NCBI GenBank assembly: GCA_049322715.1
Contig: JBMOQP010000029.1
Span: forward strand, 14,714 to 78,713
DNA from: Pseudomonadota bacterium
Lineage (GTDB): Bacteria; Pseudomonadota; Gammaproteobacteria; Halothiobacillales; Halothiobacillaceae
Direction of reading: 5' to 3'
DNA: 64,000 bases
In this document: piece after piece, positions 1-10,402 of the stretch
How the letters are laid out: the number at the start of each line of letters is the position of its first letter
How positions within the stretch are numbered: the stretch's first letter is position 1
Notes under the pieces: generated by a model
Seen by the model: the letters and a program-made list of their open reading frames with translations, nothing else
What the model was told of the DNA's origin: nothing
The model's database searches: none
Position numbers and translations under genes: made by a program

Positions 1-330
1 TTCCTGCTCGCCATCGGCCTGACCGTGATCCAGATCGTCCATTACGGGCTTCAGCACGGCAGCCTCGGCGCATTCCCGCTCCAGGTGCGCATCGGCTACC
101 TCCTGCTCCTGCTGATCGCTCTGCCCGAAGGCTTGCAGTGGCTGTTCTGGGTGCCAACCATCGGCACCTGGGCGCAGGTCCTGTTTGGCTACTGCACCAT
201 GGCCCGCTTCGTCTCACTCATGCCCTGGAACCGCACCGAGGCCCTCTCTCTCGGCCTGCTCCGGCGCACCTTCCTGTCCGCCCCGGTGCGCGGAAGCATC
301 CTGCGCACCGCACCCCGCGGCGAGGGCTGA
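1..330 (+). CDS. C-terminal part of a hydrophobic membrane protein (5' end outside window), family not assigned
   Basis: Frame 1 is open from position 1 (FLLAIGLTV...) to TGA 328-330. The ORF-track entry 25..330 is the same frame starting from an internal GTG. Sequence is hydrophobic with GC3-rich codons. Confidence 0.4.
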   Translation, partial: FLLAIGLTVIQIVHYGLQHGSLGAFPLQVRIGYLLLLLIALPEGLQWLFWVPTIGTWAQVLFGYCTMARFVSLMPWNRTEALSLGLLRRTFLSAPVRGSILRTAPRGEG

Positions 331-339
331 CCCAGCGGC

Positions 340-1317
340 TCAGCGCGCCTGCCCCTGCATGCCTCGCCGGGGCAGGCGCAGCACCGGACTGCCCTCGCCT
401 TCCTGCACGATCAGCCAGGCCACGCCGTCACGGCTGTAGCTCAAGCCCTCGTACTGCCTCGCCCCAGGCAGGTCGATCACCTCCGGCGTGCCGCGCAGTG
501 CTTCGAGCCAGGACAGGCCTGCCGGCCTGCGGAATACATACAGGTGCGCATAGGTCAGCACGGCCACTTCGCCCCCGTCCGGGGCAAAGGCCATGTCGGT
601 GGGCTGGTGGGTGAAGGGCAGCACCTTCAGCTCGCTCGGCATGCCCGTGGTCAGGGGTGCGGCAAGCTCCGCGATCTCGCCCAGGTAATCGAGCTTGCGC
701 GATCCGCCCTTGCCTGCGAGCAGCGGGGCGCGGTACAGGCGCGCGGGGACGTCTCGCTTGCTGAGGATGTAGACGGCCCCCTCCGCGCCATCCACGGCCA
801 TGGCCTCGGCATCGCGCGGACCGTCGGGATAGGTCAGGCGCAGGGTCCAGGCCGGACCGACGTGCAGCCGCCCCTCGGCCTTCCCAGGCTCCTCGACGGC
901 ATCCAGGCGAATGCCGCGACCGCGCCGGGCACGGTTGTCGCCCAGGTCGCCGATCAGCAGGTAACCCTTCCCCTTCCAGCGGAAGGCGCTGATCGCCTCC
1001 CAATCGTAGGGCTTGAGCCCGTCGACCCACAGTTCGCCGCGCACACGCCCCTCCGCGTCGACGGCGTAAAGCAGCGGCTCGGTCGACTGGCTGTCGAAGA
1101 AGGCGCGGCTGTCATTGTGGGCCCAGTAGACCCCCGTCTGTCGGGTGGATGCGGCCAGCCCGCTCACCTCGTCGATGCGGGGATCTAGCCGGGTCTCGGC
1201 TCCGCCGAACTGGCTTGAGGCAGCGCTCTGGCAGGCCGTCAGGACGGTGAACAGCAGGCCGGCAAGGCCCAGGAGACTCGGATGGGCGATGGGCCGGGAA
1301 CGGGCGAAGGCTGGCAT
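340..1317 (-). CDS. putative secreted lipoprotein, beta-propeller-like, function unknown
   Basis: 325-aa ORF with an N-terminal signal ending in the lipobox LTAC. Recurrent strand-like motifs (IDEVSGLA, AEAMAVDG, YEGLSYS) suggest a propeller or phytase-like fold. This is inference only. Confidence 0.6.
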   Translation of the reverse strand: MPAFARSRPIAHPSLLGLAGLLFTVLTACQSAASSQFGGAETRLDPRIDEVSGLAASTRQTGVYWAHNDSRAFFDSQSTEPLLYAVDAEGRVRGELWVDGLKPYDWEAISAFRWKGKGYLLIGDLGDNRARRGRGIRLDAVEEPGKAEGRLHVGPAWTLRLTYPDGPRDAEAMAVDGAEGAVYILSKRDVPARLYRAPLLAGKGGSRKLDYLGEIAELAAPLTTGMPSELKVLPFTHQPTDMAFAPDGGEVAVLTYAHLYVFRRPAGLSWLEALRGTPEVIDLPGARQYEGLSYSRDGVAWLIVQEGEGSPVLRLPRRGMQGQAR

Positions 1318-1401
1318 GCGGACAGTCGGTCGGGAAGGGAAAACGGGCTCATGGTATGCCAGGCGCGGCTCTGCTTCATTACCCGCCGGGCCGCACGCAA
1401 C

Positions 1402-1429
1402 AAAAAAGCGCGGACTTGCCGCGCTTTTT
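1402..1429 (-). terminator. rho-independent terminator downstream of the peroxiredoxin gene (bidirectional shape)
   Basis: aaaaaa-gcgcgg-acttg-ccgcgc-ttttt: a 6-bp GC stem flanked by an A-run and a T-run, 24 nt after the stop of the upstream minus-strand gene. Confidence 0.8.
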
Positions 1430-1452
1430 CGGGGGCCTTATGGGGGCTGGAA

Positions 1453-2058
1453 TCAGAGCTTGCCGGCCTCGCTGGCCAGATACTCGGCCACGCCCTGCGG
1501 GTCGGCCTTCATGCCCTTGTCGCCTTCCTTCCAGCCAGCCGGGCAGACCTCGCCGTGCTGCTCGGTGAACTGCAGCGCGTCGACCATGCGGAGCATCTCG
1601 TCGATGTTGCGCCCCAGAGGCAGGTCGTTGACCACCTGGTGGCGCACGATGCCGCTCTTGTCGATCAGGAAAGAGCCGCGGAAGGCCACGTTGCCGTCCG
1701 GGGTTTCCACGTCGTAGGCCTTGCAGATGGCGTGGTTCATGTCAGCCACCAGGGTGTAGCGGACCGGACCGATGCCGCCCTTCTCGACCGGGGTGTTGCG
1801 CCAGGCATTGTGGGTGAAGTGGGAGTCGATGGAGACACCGATCACCTCGACGTTACGCTTCCTGAACTCCTCGATGCGGTGATCGAAGGCGATCAGCTCG
1901 GACGGGCACACGAAGGTGAAGTCGAGCGGATAGAAGAAGATGACCGCGTATTTGCCACGGATGGCGGAATCGAGACGGAAATCCTCGACGATCTGGCCAT
2001 TGCCGAGCACGGCGGCGGCGGTGAAGTTGGGGGCCTGACGGCCGACGAGTACGCCCAT
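1453..2058 (-). CDS. typical 2-Cys peroxiredoxin (AhpC/Prx1 family)
   Basis: 201 aa. Peroxidatic motif DFTFVCPSE and resolving Cys in GEVCPAGW. GGAG-type RBS upstream. Confidence 0.93.
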   Translation of the reverse strand: MGVLVGRQAPNFTAAAVLGNGQIVEDFRLDSAIRGKYAVIFFYPLDFTFVCPSELIAFDHRIEEFRKRNVEVIGVSIDSHFTHNAWRNTPVEKGGIGPVRYTLVADMNHAICKAYDVETPDGNVAFRGSFLIDKSGIVRHQVVNDLPLGRNIDEMLRMVDALQFTEQHGEVCPAGWKEGDKGMKADPQGVAEYLASEAGKL

Positions 2059-2140
2059 GGAGGTTCTCCTTGTTGCCAGGGATGGGTCAAATGCCCGACG
2101 AGTCTAGTCGGAATCGGGCGGATGCCTCAACCCCGGCGAA

Positions 2141-2425
<285 letters not shown>

Positions 2426-2436
2426 TTAGGCGAAAA

Positions 2437-2652
2437 GTTGAAAAACTCCATCCATGAAGTTTTTCAACCCGCCTGTTGCGGTACACGCCATCATCGTTGC
2501 GCGGAGCAACGATGGGACGCGTAGCGTTCCCCGAAGGGCTGGACACATGGATGTGTCCAGCCGCAACAGGCTCCGCAAATCAACGGCTCACGCCGTTGTT
2601 TGCGCACGGGCATCCCTGCCCCAAGGGGAACCGCTGAACGTTCAGCGGTTCC
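2437..2652. repeat. array of five GC-rich hairpins (REP-like composite element)
   Basis: Hairpins at 2437-2468 (11-bp stem), 2492-2514 (9 bp), 2537-2562 (11 bp) and 2575-2603 (imperfect). The fifth, 2627-2652, is a perfect 26-nt palindrome ggaaccgctgaacgttcagcggttcc that abuts the coaD stop codon. The array carries ccccgaagggc and catggatg motifs seen in other repeats of this window. Confidence 0.7.
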
Positions 2653-3129
2653 TCAGCCAAACTTGACCTTCAACGCAGCCTGCACGTTCGGCGGCACGAA
2701 GGGCGTGACGTCCCCGCCGAGCCTCGCGATCTCGCGCACCAGGGTGGAGGCAAGGAAGCTGTAGCTCTCCGCCGGGGTGAGGAAGACCGTTTCGAGCGCG
2801 GGATCCAGGCGGCGGTTGATCGCCGCGAGCTGCATCTCATACTCGAAGTCCGACACCGCGCGGAGGCCGCGGATCACCGCCCGCGCCCCCATCGCGCGGG
2901 CGAAATCGACCAGCAGGCCATGGAATGGCTCCACCCTCACCCCGGGGATGCCCGCCAGGGCCTCGCGCGCCATTGCCGTGCGCTCCGCGAGATCGAACAC
3001 CGGCTGCTTGGTACTGTGTGCCGCGACCCCCACCACCACCTCGCCGAACAGCGAGGCGGCGCGCCGGATCACGTCGATGTGGCCGAGGGTGATCGGGTCG
3101 AAGGTACCGGGATAGATGGTGGCGGTCAT
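2653..3129 (-). CDS. coaD: phosphopantetheine adenylyltransferase
   Basis: Start set at ATG 3129 (MTATIYPGTFDPITLGHIDVI, nucleotidyltransferase HxGH-type motif). The 120 upstream codons of ORF-track entry 2653..3489 are Arg/Pro/Gly-rich and overlap rsmD in another frame. Confidence 0.93.
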   Translation of the reverse strand: MTATIYPGTFDPITLGHIDVIRRAASLFGEVVVGVAAHSTKQPVFDLAERTAMAREALAGIPGVRVEPFHGLLVDFARAMGARAVIRGLRAVSDFEYEMQLAAINRRLDPALETVFLTPAESYSFLASTLVREIARLGGDVTPFVPPNVQAALKVKFG

Positions 3130-3137
3130 GGCTCTTT

Positions 3138-3707
3138 TCAAGGACTGAAGTGGTAGAGATAGTACCCCACCTCGCCGGCCTCCCCCTGGCGCAGCAGTTC
3201 CCAGCCCGACGGCACGTCCGGGGAGCCGAGGCGCGCGGGGCGCTCCACGTAGATGCGCGCATCCGGCGCGAGCCAGCCCGCCCCGGCCAGGGCCGCGAGG
3301 ACCAGGCCGAGCAGGTCGCTGGCATAGGGCGGGTCGAGGAAGACCACGTCGTACGGCCGGGACGGGGCGTGGCGCAGGAAGGCCTGCGCATCCTGGTGAT
3401 GCACCCGCGCCCGTTCGGCCAGGCGCAGCAACTCTAGATTGGCAAGCAGCAGGCGCGCCGCCCCGCCATCCTTTTCGACCAGGTCGCACCAGCTTGCCCC
3501 GCGCGAGAGCGCCTCGAGGCCGAGCACCCCGCTGCCGGCGAACAGGTCGAGCACCCGCGCGCCCGGCAGCACCGCGGCCAGCCAGTTGAACAGGGTCTCG
3601 CGCACCCTGTCCGGGGTCGGACGCAGGCCGGGCCGGTCGAGCACCTTGAGCTGGCGACGCTTGTGTTCGCCGCCGATGATCCTGACGACGTTACTGCTGC
3701 GGGCCAC
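3138..3707 (-). CDS. rsmD: 16S rRNA (guanine966-N2)-methyltransferase
   Basis: 189 aa with SAM motif DLFAGSG and DPPY motif. Adjacent to coaD, as in many Proteobacteria. Confidence 0.88.
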   Translation of the reverse strand: MARSSNVVRIIGGEHKRRQLKVLDRPGLRPTPDRVRETLFNWLAAVLPGARVLDLFAGSGVLGLEALSRGASWCDLVEKDGGAARLLLANLELLRLAERARVHHQDAQAFLRHAPSRPYDVVFLDPPYASDLLGLVLAALAGAGWLAPDARIYVERPARLGSPDVPSGWELLRQGEAGEVGYYLYHFSP

Positions 3708-4995
3708 CCACGATCACCATGACGAGCCGGTCGGGATGGATGCGGCGCTGCCAGGCCGCGCGGATGTCGTCCACGCTGGTCGCCTCGACCCGACCGGGAT
3801 AGCGGTCGAGGAAGTCGAGCGGCAGGCGGTAGAGGCCGATGATCGAGAGCCAGTCGGCGATCTCGCGGTTGCTGTCCAGCCGAAGCGGGAAGCCACCGAC
3901 GATGTTCTTCTGCGCGTGCTCGAGCTCGGGCAGGCTCGGCCCCTCCTCGACGAAGCGGGCGAGGTTGCCGCGCAGCAGTTGTTCGGCCTGTTCCGCCTGG
4001 TCGAGCCTGGTCTGCATGCCCATCTGGAACGGGCCGGGAACGGCCATCGGCAGCAAGTAGCTGTACACGCTGTAGGCCAGGCCGCGCTTCTCGCGGATCT
4101 CCTCCATCAGGCGGGAGGAGAAGCCGCTGCCGCCGAGCACGTGGTTGCCGACATAGAGAGGGAAGTAGTCCGGGTCGACGCGCGCCATGCCGACCTGCCC
4201 GGCCAGGATGGTCACCTGGGTGGAGGGGAACGGGATGCGCACGGTCTTGCCCTCGCCAGCCTCGGTAACCGGCGGCAGCGCCGGCAGGGGCTCGCCCCTG
4301 GGCACGGCGGCGGCCAGGCGTTCGGCCGTCCGCTCCGCCTGCTCGCGGCTCAGGTCGCCGACCAGGGCGATCACCATGCCGGCGGCGACGTAGTGGCGTC
4401 GGTGGAAGTCCCGGACGTCCCCGACCTTCAGCGCCTGCAGGCTGTCCGCCTCGCCCTCCGGCTGGAAGGCATATGGATGGTTGCCGTAGAGCGCCTTGTA
4501 GAAGGCACGGCGGGCCACCTCCCCCGGCTGCTGCTCGCCGGCCTTGAGTCCGAGCAGGGCGCGCTCGCGCTCGCGGCGAAAGTCCTCCTCGGCAAAGCGC
4601 GGCTGCCCCATGACGGCGACGAAGGTCTCCAGGGCCGGCTCGAGCCGGGCGGGGTCGCTCAGGCTGCGCAGGCTGAGGGTGGCGGCGTCCTGACTGGCCG
4701 AGGCGCCGAAGCGCGCGCCGACGTTCTCGAAGGCCTCGGCCACGGCCTGCGCATCCCTCTCGCCCGCCCCCTGGTCCAGCAGCGCGGCAGTCAGACTGGC
4801 CAGGCCATGCGCCGCGCCATCGCGCGCGCTTCCGGCATCGAAGCTGACGCGGATATCGACCATCGGCAGGGCGCGCGCCTCAACGAACAGCACCCGGACG
4901 CCGCCGGACGTCTCCCAGTGCTGGATGGGCAAGCCGGCCCACGCGGGGACGGCCACGAACAGGAGCAGCAGGCCGCGCAACAGATCAGCGAACAT
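3691..4995 (-). CDS. M16-family peptidase-like protein, probably the non-catalytic partner
   Basis: Start set at ATG 4995 (MFADLLRGLLLLFVAVPAWA signal peptide). M16 layout, but HxxEH is replaced by AAHGLASLTAAL. It overlaps the upstream M16 gene by 11 nt. Confidence 0.8.
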   Translation of the reverse strand: MFADLLRGLLLLFVAVPAWAGLPIQHWETSGGVRVLFVEARALPMVDIRVSFDAGSARDGAAHGLASLTAALLDQGAGERDAQAVAEAFENVGARFGASASQDAATLSLRSLSDPARLEPALETFVAVMGQPRFAEEDFRRERERALLGLKAGEQQPGEVARRAFYKALYGNHPYAFQPEGEADSLQALKVGDVRDFHRRHYVAAGMVIALVGDLSREQAERTAERLAAAVPRGEPLPALPPVTEAGEGKTVRIPFPSTQVTILAGQVGMARVDPDYFPLYVGNHVLGGSGFSSRLMEEIREKRGLAYSVYSYLLPMAVPGPFQMGMQTRLDQAEQAEQLLRGNLARFVEEGPSLPELEHAQKNIVGGFPLRLDSNREIADWLSIIGLYRLPLDFLDRYPGRVEATSVDDIRAAWQRRIHPDRLVMVIVGGPQQ

Positions 4996-6373
4996 GACGG
5001 GCACCTCCCATGCCTTCCGGGCGCGGCGGCGTCGCCCCGGGTTCGAGCGGCAGCGGGTCAAGCACCCCGACCGTCAACCGGTCGTCGATCAGGTACTTGC
5101 GCGCCACGGACTGCACCTGTTCGGCGGTCACCGCCTCGATGCCCGGCACCAACTCGTTCAGGCGCCGGTGCCCCAGGCCGACCGTCTCGTAGGTCCCGAG
5201 ACGCATCGCCTGGTAGAACACCGAGTCGCGCCCGTAGACCTCGGCCGCGATGACCTGCGCCTTGACTCGCGCCAGCTCCGCCGCACTGACCGGCTCGTCG
5301 CGCAGGCGGGCGATCTCCCGGCGCAACGCCTGTTCCAGCGCGCCGACCTCCACGCCCTCGGACGGCACGGCGGAGAGCAAGAACAGGTCATGCAGGCGGC
5401 TGTCCGCGCCGTAGCCCGCACCGACCTCGCCGGCAAGGCGCGACTCGCGCACCAGCCTCTGCTGCAGGCGCGCGCTCTGGCCGCCATCCAACACCCCCGC
5501 CAGGACTTCCAGCGCGTAGGCCTCCCAGGCTGGCACGTCGTCCATGAGCACCGGCACCCGGTAGCCCATGAGCAGGGCGGGCAGCCTGGCCGGGGCGCGC
5601 AGCACCATGCGCCGCTCGCCGGCCTGCTCGATCGCCTGGCGGCGCTCGCGCCCGGCCAGCTCGAAGGGCTGCAGCGGACCGAAATGCTTGAGCGCGAGCC
5701 GCTTCACCTCGGCCGGCGTCACGTCGCCGACCACCACGAGGGTGGCGTTGTTCGGCGCATAGTGGGCGCGATACCAGCTGCGCAGATCCTCGGCCCGGAG
5801 CCGGTCGAGATCGTGCATCCAGCCGATGATCGGGTGGTGGTAGCCGCCGTTGAGCCAGGCCATGGCCTGGAACTGCTCGTACAGGCGCGCGTTGGGGTCG
5901 TCCTCGGTGCGCATGCGGCGCTCTTCCTTGACCACCTCGACCTCCTTGATGAAGTCCTCCTCGCGCAGGAGCAGGTTGCGCATGCGGTCGGCCTCGAGGT
6001 TCAGGGCGACCTCGAGATGCTCCTTCGCCAGGGTCTGGAAGTAGGCGGTGTAGTCGCGACTGGTGAAAGCGTTCTCCTGCCCGCCATGCGCGGCGATGAT
6101 CTCGGAGAACTTGCCGGCGGGCAGCCTGGCCGTGCCCTTGAACATCATGTGCTCGAGCACGTGCGAGATGCCCGTCAGCCCGCCCGGCTCGTCACTCGAG
6201 CCGACCTTGTACCAGACCTGCGACGTCACCACCGGGGCGCGCGGATCCGTCTGGACGAGGATGCGCAGGCCGTTGGGCAGGCGCTCCTCGAACACCTCGG
6301 AAGCAGGCTGTGGGGCGGCCTGGGCGGCGTGCAGGCAGAGCAGACCGGCACACAACATGATCCATCGCGGCAT
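4985..6373 (-). CDS. M16-family zinc metallopeptidase (pitrilysin-like), secreted
   Basis: Start set at ATG 6373 (MPRWIMLCAGLLCLHAAQA signal). Inverted zinc motif HVLEH within GISHVLEHMMFKG. The rest of the 674-aa ORF-track entry upstream is low-complexity and overlaps ftsY on the opposite strand. Confidence 0.85.
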   Translation of the reverse strand: MPRWIMLCAGLLCLHAAQAAPQPASEVFEERLPNGLRILVQTDPRAPVVTSQVWYKVGSSDEPGGLTGISHVLEHMMFKGTARLPAGKFSEIIAAHGGQENAFTSRDYTAYFQTLAKEHLEVALNLEADRMRNLLLREEDFIKEVEVVKEERRMRTEDDPNARLYEQFQAMAWLNGGYHHPIIGWMHDLDRLRAEDLRSWYRAHYAPNNATLVVVGDVTPAEVKRLALKHFGPLQPFELAGRERRQAIEQAGERRMVLRAPARLPALLMGYRVPVLMDDVPAWEAYALEVLAGVLDGGQSARLQQRLVRESRLAGEVGAGYGADSRLHDLFLLSAVPSEGVEVGALEQALRREIARLRDEPVSAAELARVKAQVIAAEVYGRDSVFYQAMRLGTYETVGLGHRRLNELVPGIEAVTAEQVQSVARKYLIDDRLTVGVLDPLPLEPGATPPRPEGMGGARHVR

Positions 6374-6458
6374 GGCGGGGTCTCCGTGAAAGTTCGGGCC
6401 AAAAAGTTCGTGGATGATACGATACAGGGACGTTCCCATCGTGCGACAAGAGCATTCC

Positions 6459-7574
6459 ATGTTTGGTTTCCTGCGCCGTTTCCGGCGTGAAGACAAAGCC
6501 GAAGAAACCACCCTGCCCCAGGCCGAACCCATCGCGCCCGAGCCCCTCGCCGAGCCCGCCATGCCCCCTGCCGTCGTGCAGGAGCCCGTACAGCCGCCTT
6601 CCGTCGCCGAACCGGCGTCCCTCGCGGCGGAGCCCGCCGAACCGCCGGCCGGCGGGCTGTGGTCCAGCCTGCGCAGCAAGCTCGCCCGCACCCGCGCCGG
6701 CCTGACCGAGGGTCTCGCCAGCCTGGTGCTGGGCAAGAAGCAGATCGACGACGAGCTGCTGGAGGAGATCGAGACCCGCCTGCTGCTCGCCGATGTCGGC
6801 ATGGAGACCACGCAGGAGATCATCGCCGACCTCACCCGGCGCGTGTCGCGCAGGGAACTGAAGGAGCCCGAGGCCCTCCTCGAGGCCCTGTACGAGCACA
6901 TGGTGCGCCTGCTGGAGCCGGTGGAGCAGCCCTTGGTCATCGACCCGGGCAGGAAACCGCATGTGATCCTCGTCGTCGGCATCAACGGCGCGGGCAAGAC
7001 CACCACCATCGGTAAGCTCGGCCAGCGTTACGCGCAGGCCGGGCACAAGGTGATGCTGGCGGCGGGGGACACCTTCCGCGCCGCCGCCGTCGAGCAACTG
7101 CAGGCCTGGGGGGCGCGCACCGGCGTACCGGTCATCGCCCAGGGCCAGGGCGCGGATTCCGCCGGGGTGGTGTTCGATGCCCTGCAGGCGGCCAGGGCAC
7201 GCGGCGCGGACTTGCTGATCGCGGACACGGCCGGCCGCCTGCACACCCAGGGCGGATTGATGGAGGAGGTCAAGAAGGTCAAGCGCGTGCTGGCCAAGCT
7301 CGATCCCGAGGCCCCGCACGAGGTACTGCTGGTGCTGGACGCGAGCATCGGCCAGAACGCGCTGAACCAGGCCGTGCAGTTCAACGAGGCATTGGGCGTG
7401 ACCGGACTCGTCATCGCCAAGCTCGACGGTACGGCCAAGGGCGGCATCGTGTTCGCCATCACCCGCAGGCTCGGCCTGCCGATCCGCTTCATCGGCGTGG
7501 GGGAGAAGGCCGAGGACCTCCGCCCCTTCGCCGCGCGCGAATTCGTCGACGCCCTGCTCGACCACGAGTCCTGA
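6459..7574 (+). CDS. ftsY: signal recognition particle receptor FtsY
   Basis: Start at ATG 6459 (MFGFLRRF). Pro/Glu-rich A domain followed by an NG domain with GINGAGKTTT, DTAGR and AKLDGTAKGG. Confidence 0.95.
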   Translation: MFGFLRRFRREDKAEETTLPQAEPIAPEPLAEPAMPPAVVQEPVQPPSVAEPASLAAEPAEPPAGGLWSSLRSKLARTRAGLTEGLASLVLGKKQIDDELLEEIETRLLLADVGMETTQEIIADLTRRVSRRELKEPEALLEALYEHMVRLLEPVEQPLVIDPGRKPHVILVVGINGAGKTTTIGKLGQRYAQAGHKVMLAAGDTFRAAAVEQLQAWGARTGVPVIAQGQGADSAGVVFDALQAARARGADLLIADTAGRLHTQGGLMEEVKKVKRVLAKLDPEAPHEVLLVLDASIGQNALNQAVQFNEALGVTGLVIAKLDGTAKGGIVFAITRRLGLPIRFIGVGEKAEDLRPFAAREFVDALLDHES

Positions 7575-7590
7575 TGCCCGGAGGGAGGCC

Positions 7591-8249
<659 letters not shown>

Positions 8250-8253
<4 letters not shown>

Positions 8254-9188
8254 GCCGCAACCACGCCCAGCGCGGACACACCGCTGGAGTCCGCCTCAAT
8301 GCCTGGCTGGCCCATCACGGTGAAAGCCTGCGCGACGCCCTCCGCCGCTTCGCCCGCCGCCCCTTCGGCCACCTGCTCAGCATGCTGGTGATCGCCGTCA
8401 GCCTGACCATTCCGATCACCCTCCTCGCCACCCTGCACGGCGCACGCACCGGCCTCGCGGGCTGGTCGAACGAGGCCGCCCAGCTGCAACTTTTCCTCAA
8501 GCCGGCGGCGAGCAGCAGCGAGGCCGATGCCCTGCTGCGGTCACTCCGCCAGGATCAGGCGATCGCGGAAGCACGCCTGATCACGCCGGAGGAAGGGATG
8601 GCCCAGCTGGCCCGCGCCCATGCGCTCGACGGCCTGCTGGATGAGCTGAAGGACAACCCCCTGCCGGCCGTGATCGAGCTCCGGCCGCACTCGGCCGCGG
8701 ACATGGAAGGCCTGCGCACGCGCCTGGCCGGCCGGACCGAGGTAGACACGGTGCGGATGGATTCTGAGGCGGTCCAGCGCCTGCGTGGACTGATCGATGC
8801 CGGCGAGCGACTGACCCTGATCTTCCTCGTCATCCTCGCCCCCGCGCTGGCAATCACCGTCGGCAACACCATCCGCCTGGAACTCGAGCGGCGCGCCGAG
8901 GAGGTGCGCCTGCTGCAGCTGATCGGAGCCACCCATGCCTTCATCCGCCGCCCGCTGCTCTATGCCGGGGCCATCCTCGGCCTTGGCGGCACGCTGCTCA
9001 GCCTGCTGTTTGCGGGCCTGGCCGTTCGCCTGCTGCTCAGTGCTGCGGCTCACAACGGCTGGCAGATCGCCCTTCCGGCCGCACCCTCCTACCTTCTGCT
9101 GATCCTCATCCCCGTTGGCATCGCGCTCGGGGTGCTGGCCGCCTGGCTGGCCAGCGCGCTGCAGATCCGCCGCATCCGTCCGGCCTGA
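8250..9188 (+). CDS. ftsX: cell division permease-like protein FtsX
   Basis: ATG 8250 overlaps the ftsE stop (ATGA). 312 aa with four predicted TM segments, in the conserved ftsE-ftsX position. Confidence 0.9.
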
Positions 9189-9226
9189 ACAACGTCGTCG
9201 AGCTCCCGAGGGCCCGCTCTCGACAG

Positions 9227-9327
9227 CCGATCTCGATGGCCGTACCCCGAAGGGGCATTGGCCATGGATGGCCAATGGGCCTTCGATGCGGGACCAGCCC
9301 CGAAGGGGCATCGGCCATGGATGGATT
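9227..9327 (+). repeat. REP-like element family A: one full 75-nt unit plus a partial second unit
   Basis: Unit 9227-9301 carries the hairpin cattggcc-atggat-ggccaatg. It is followed by the partial repeat ccccgaaggggcatcggccatggatgg (9297-9327). Related copies lie at 45911-45985 (inside dnaG) and, inverted, at about 61533-61607. Confidence 0.8.
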
Positions 9328-9437
9328 CCGCTAGCCCGGCAGCGGGCTTCGTCTACGCCTTGGGAACCTTTTTGCGGATTAGCACTCAAATCAAACGAGT
9401 GCTAAATTCATCCGGGTGATACCCAGGGGTTCGACCA

Positions 9438-10289
9438 ATGCGAGAACTTGCCCACCTTTCCGCCCTGCCGGCCCAGCGAGAGGCCTTCGCCGCCTATCTG
9501 GCCGAGGTTCGCCAGATCCCGCTGCTCGCTGCCGAGGACGAATACCGCCTGGCGGTCCGCCTGCGCGACGACAAGGATCTGGATGCCGCGCGGCAGCTGG
9601 TGATGGGGCACCTGCGTTTCGTCGTACACATCGCGCGCAGCTACTCGGGCTACGGCCTGCCGCTAAGCGAGCTGGTGCAGGAAGGCAACATCGGCCTGAT
9701 GAAGGCGGTGCGACGCTACGAGCCGGACCGCAAGGTGCGCCTGATCACCTTCGCCGTGCATTGGATCCGGGCCGAGATCCACGAGTTCATCCTGCGCAAC
9801 TGGCGCATGGTGCGGGTGGCCACCACCAAGGCCCAGCGCAAGCTGTTCTTCCGCCTGCGCGGCATGCGTGACGGCGAGCGCTGGCTGAGCCAGGAAGAGG
9901 CCCGGGCCATCGCCGGGGAACTCAACGTCCCGGTCAAGGAGGTGTTCGAGATGGAGTCCCGCCTGCTGGGGCGCGACGTCGCCATCGAGCCGGAGCAGGA
10001 CGAGGAGGCGCACCTGGCCCCGATCGCCTGGCTCGAGGCCCCGGACAGCGATCCGGCCGAGGCGCTGGAGCAGATCGACAGCCAGGGCTTCCGCCTGGAG
10101 CAGCTCGAATCCGCCCTCGATGCCCTTGATGCCCGCAGCCGCGACATCGTCCGCCGCCGCTGGCTGGTCGAGGGCGAGAAGGCGACGTTGCACGAGCTGG
10201 CCGCCGAGTACCAGGTCTCCGCCGAGCGCATCCGCCAGATCGAGCAGGCCGCCATGCGCAAGATGCGCCAGGCCATCACGGTGGAATAA
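9438..10289 (+). CDS. rpoH: RNA polymerase sigma-32 (heat-shock sigma factor)
   Basis: 283 aa with sigma-70 regions 2-4 and the RpoH box QRKLFFRLR. It follows ftsYEX as in E. coli and Pseudomonas. Confidence 0.95.
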   Translation: MRELAHLSALPAQREAFAAYLAEVRQIPLLAAEDEYRLAVRLRDDKDLDAARQLVMGHLRFVVHIARSYSGYGLPLSELVQEGNIGLMKAVRRYEPDRKVRLITFAVHWIRAEIHEFILRNWRMVRVATTKAQRKLFFRLRGMRDGERWLSQEEARAIAGELNVPVKEVFEMESRLLGRDVAIEPEQDEEAHLAPIAWLEAPDSDPAEALEQIDSQGFRLEQLESALDALDARSRDIVRRRWLVEGEKATLHELAAEYQVSAERIRQIEQAAMRKMRQAITVE

Positions 10290-10327
10290 CCCGGGACGGA
10301 AGGTTCGTTTCCCTCCCCTTGCATAGC

Positions 10328-10360
10328 AAAAGGCCCGCACACGTGCGGGCCTTTCCGTTT
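10328..10360. terminator. rho-independent terminator after rpoH (usable from both strands)
   Basis: ggcccgcac-ac-gtgcgggcc, a 9-bp GC stem, with aaaa upstream and tttccgtttt downstream. Confidence 0.7.
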
Positions 10361-10402
10361 TGGGCCGGCTGGGAGGTCTCCCCCTGCCGACCGACAACTC
10401 GA

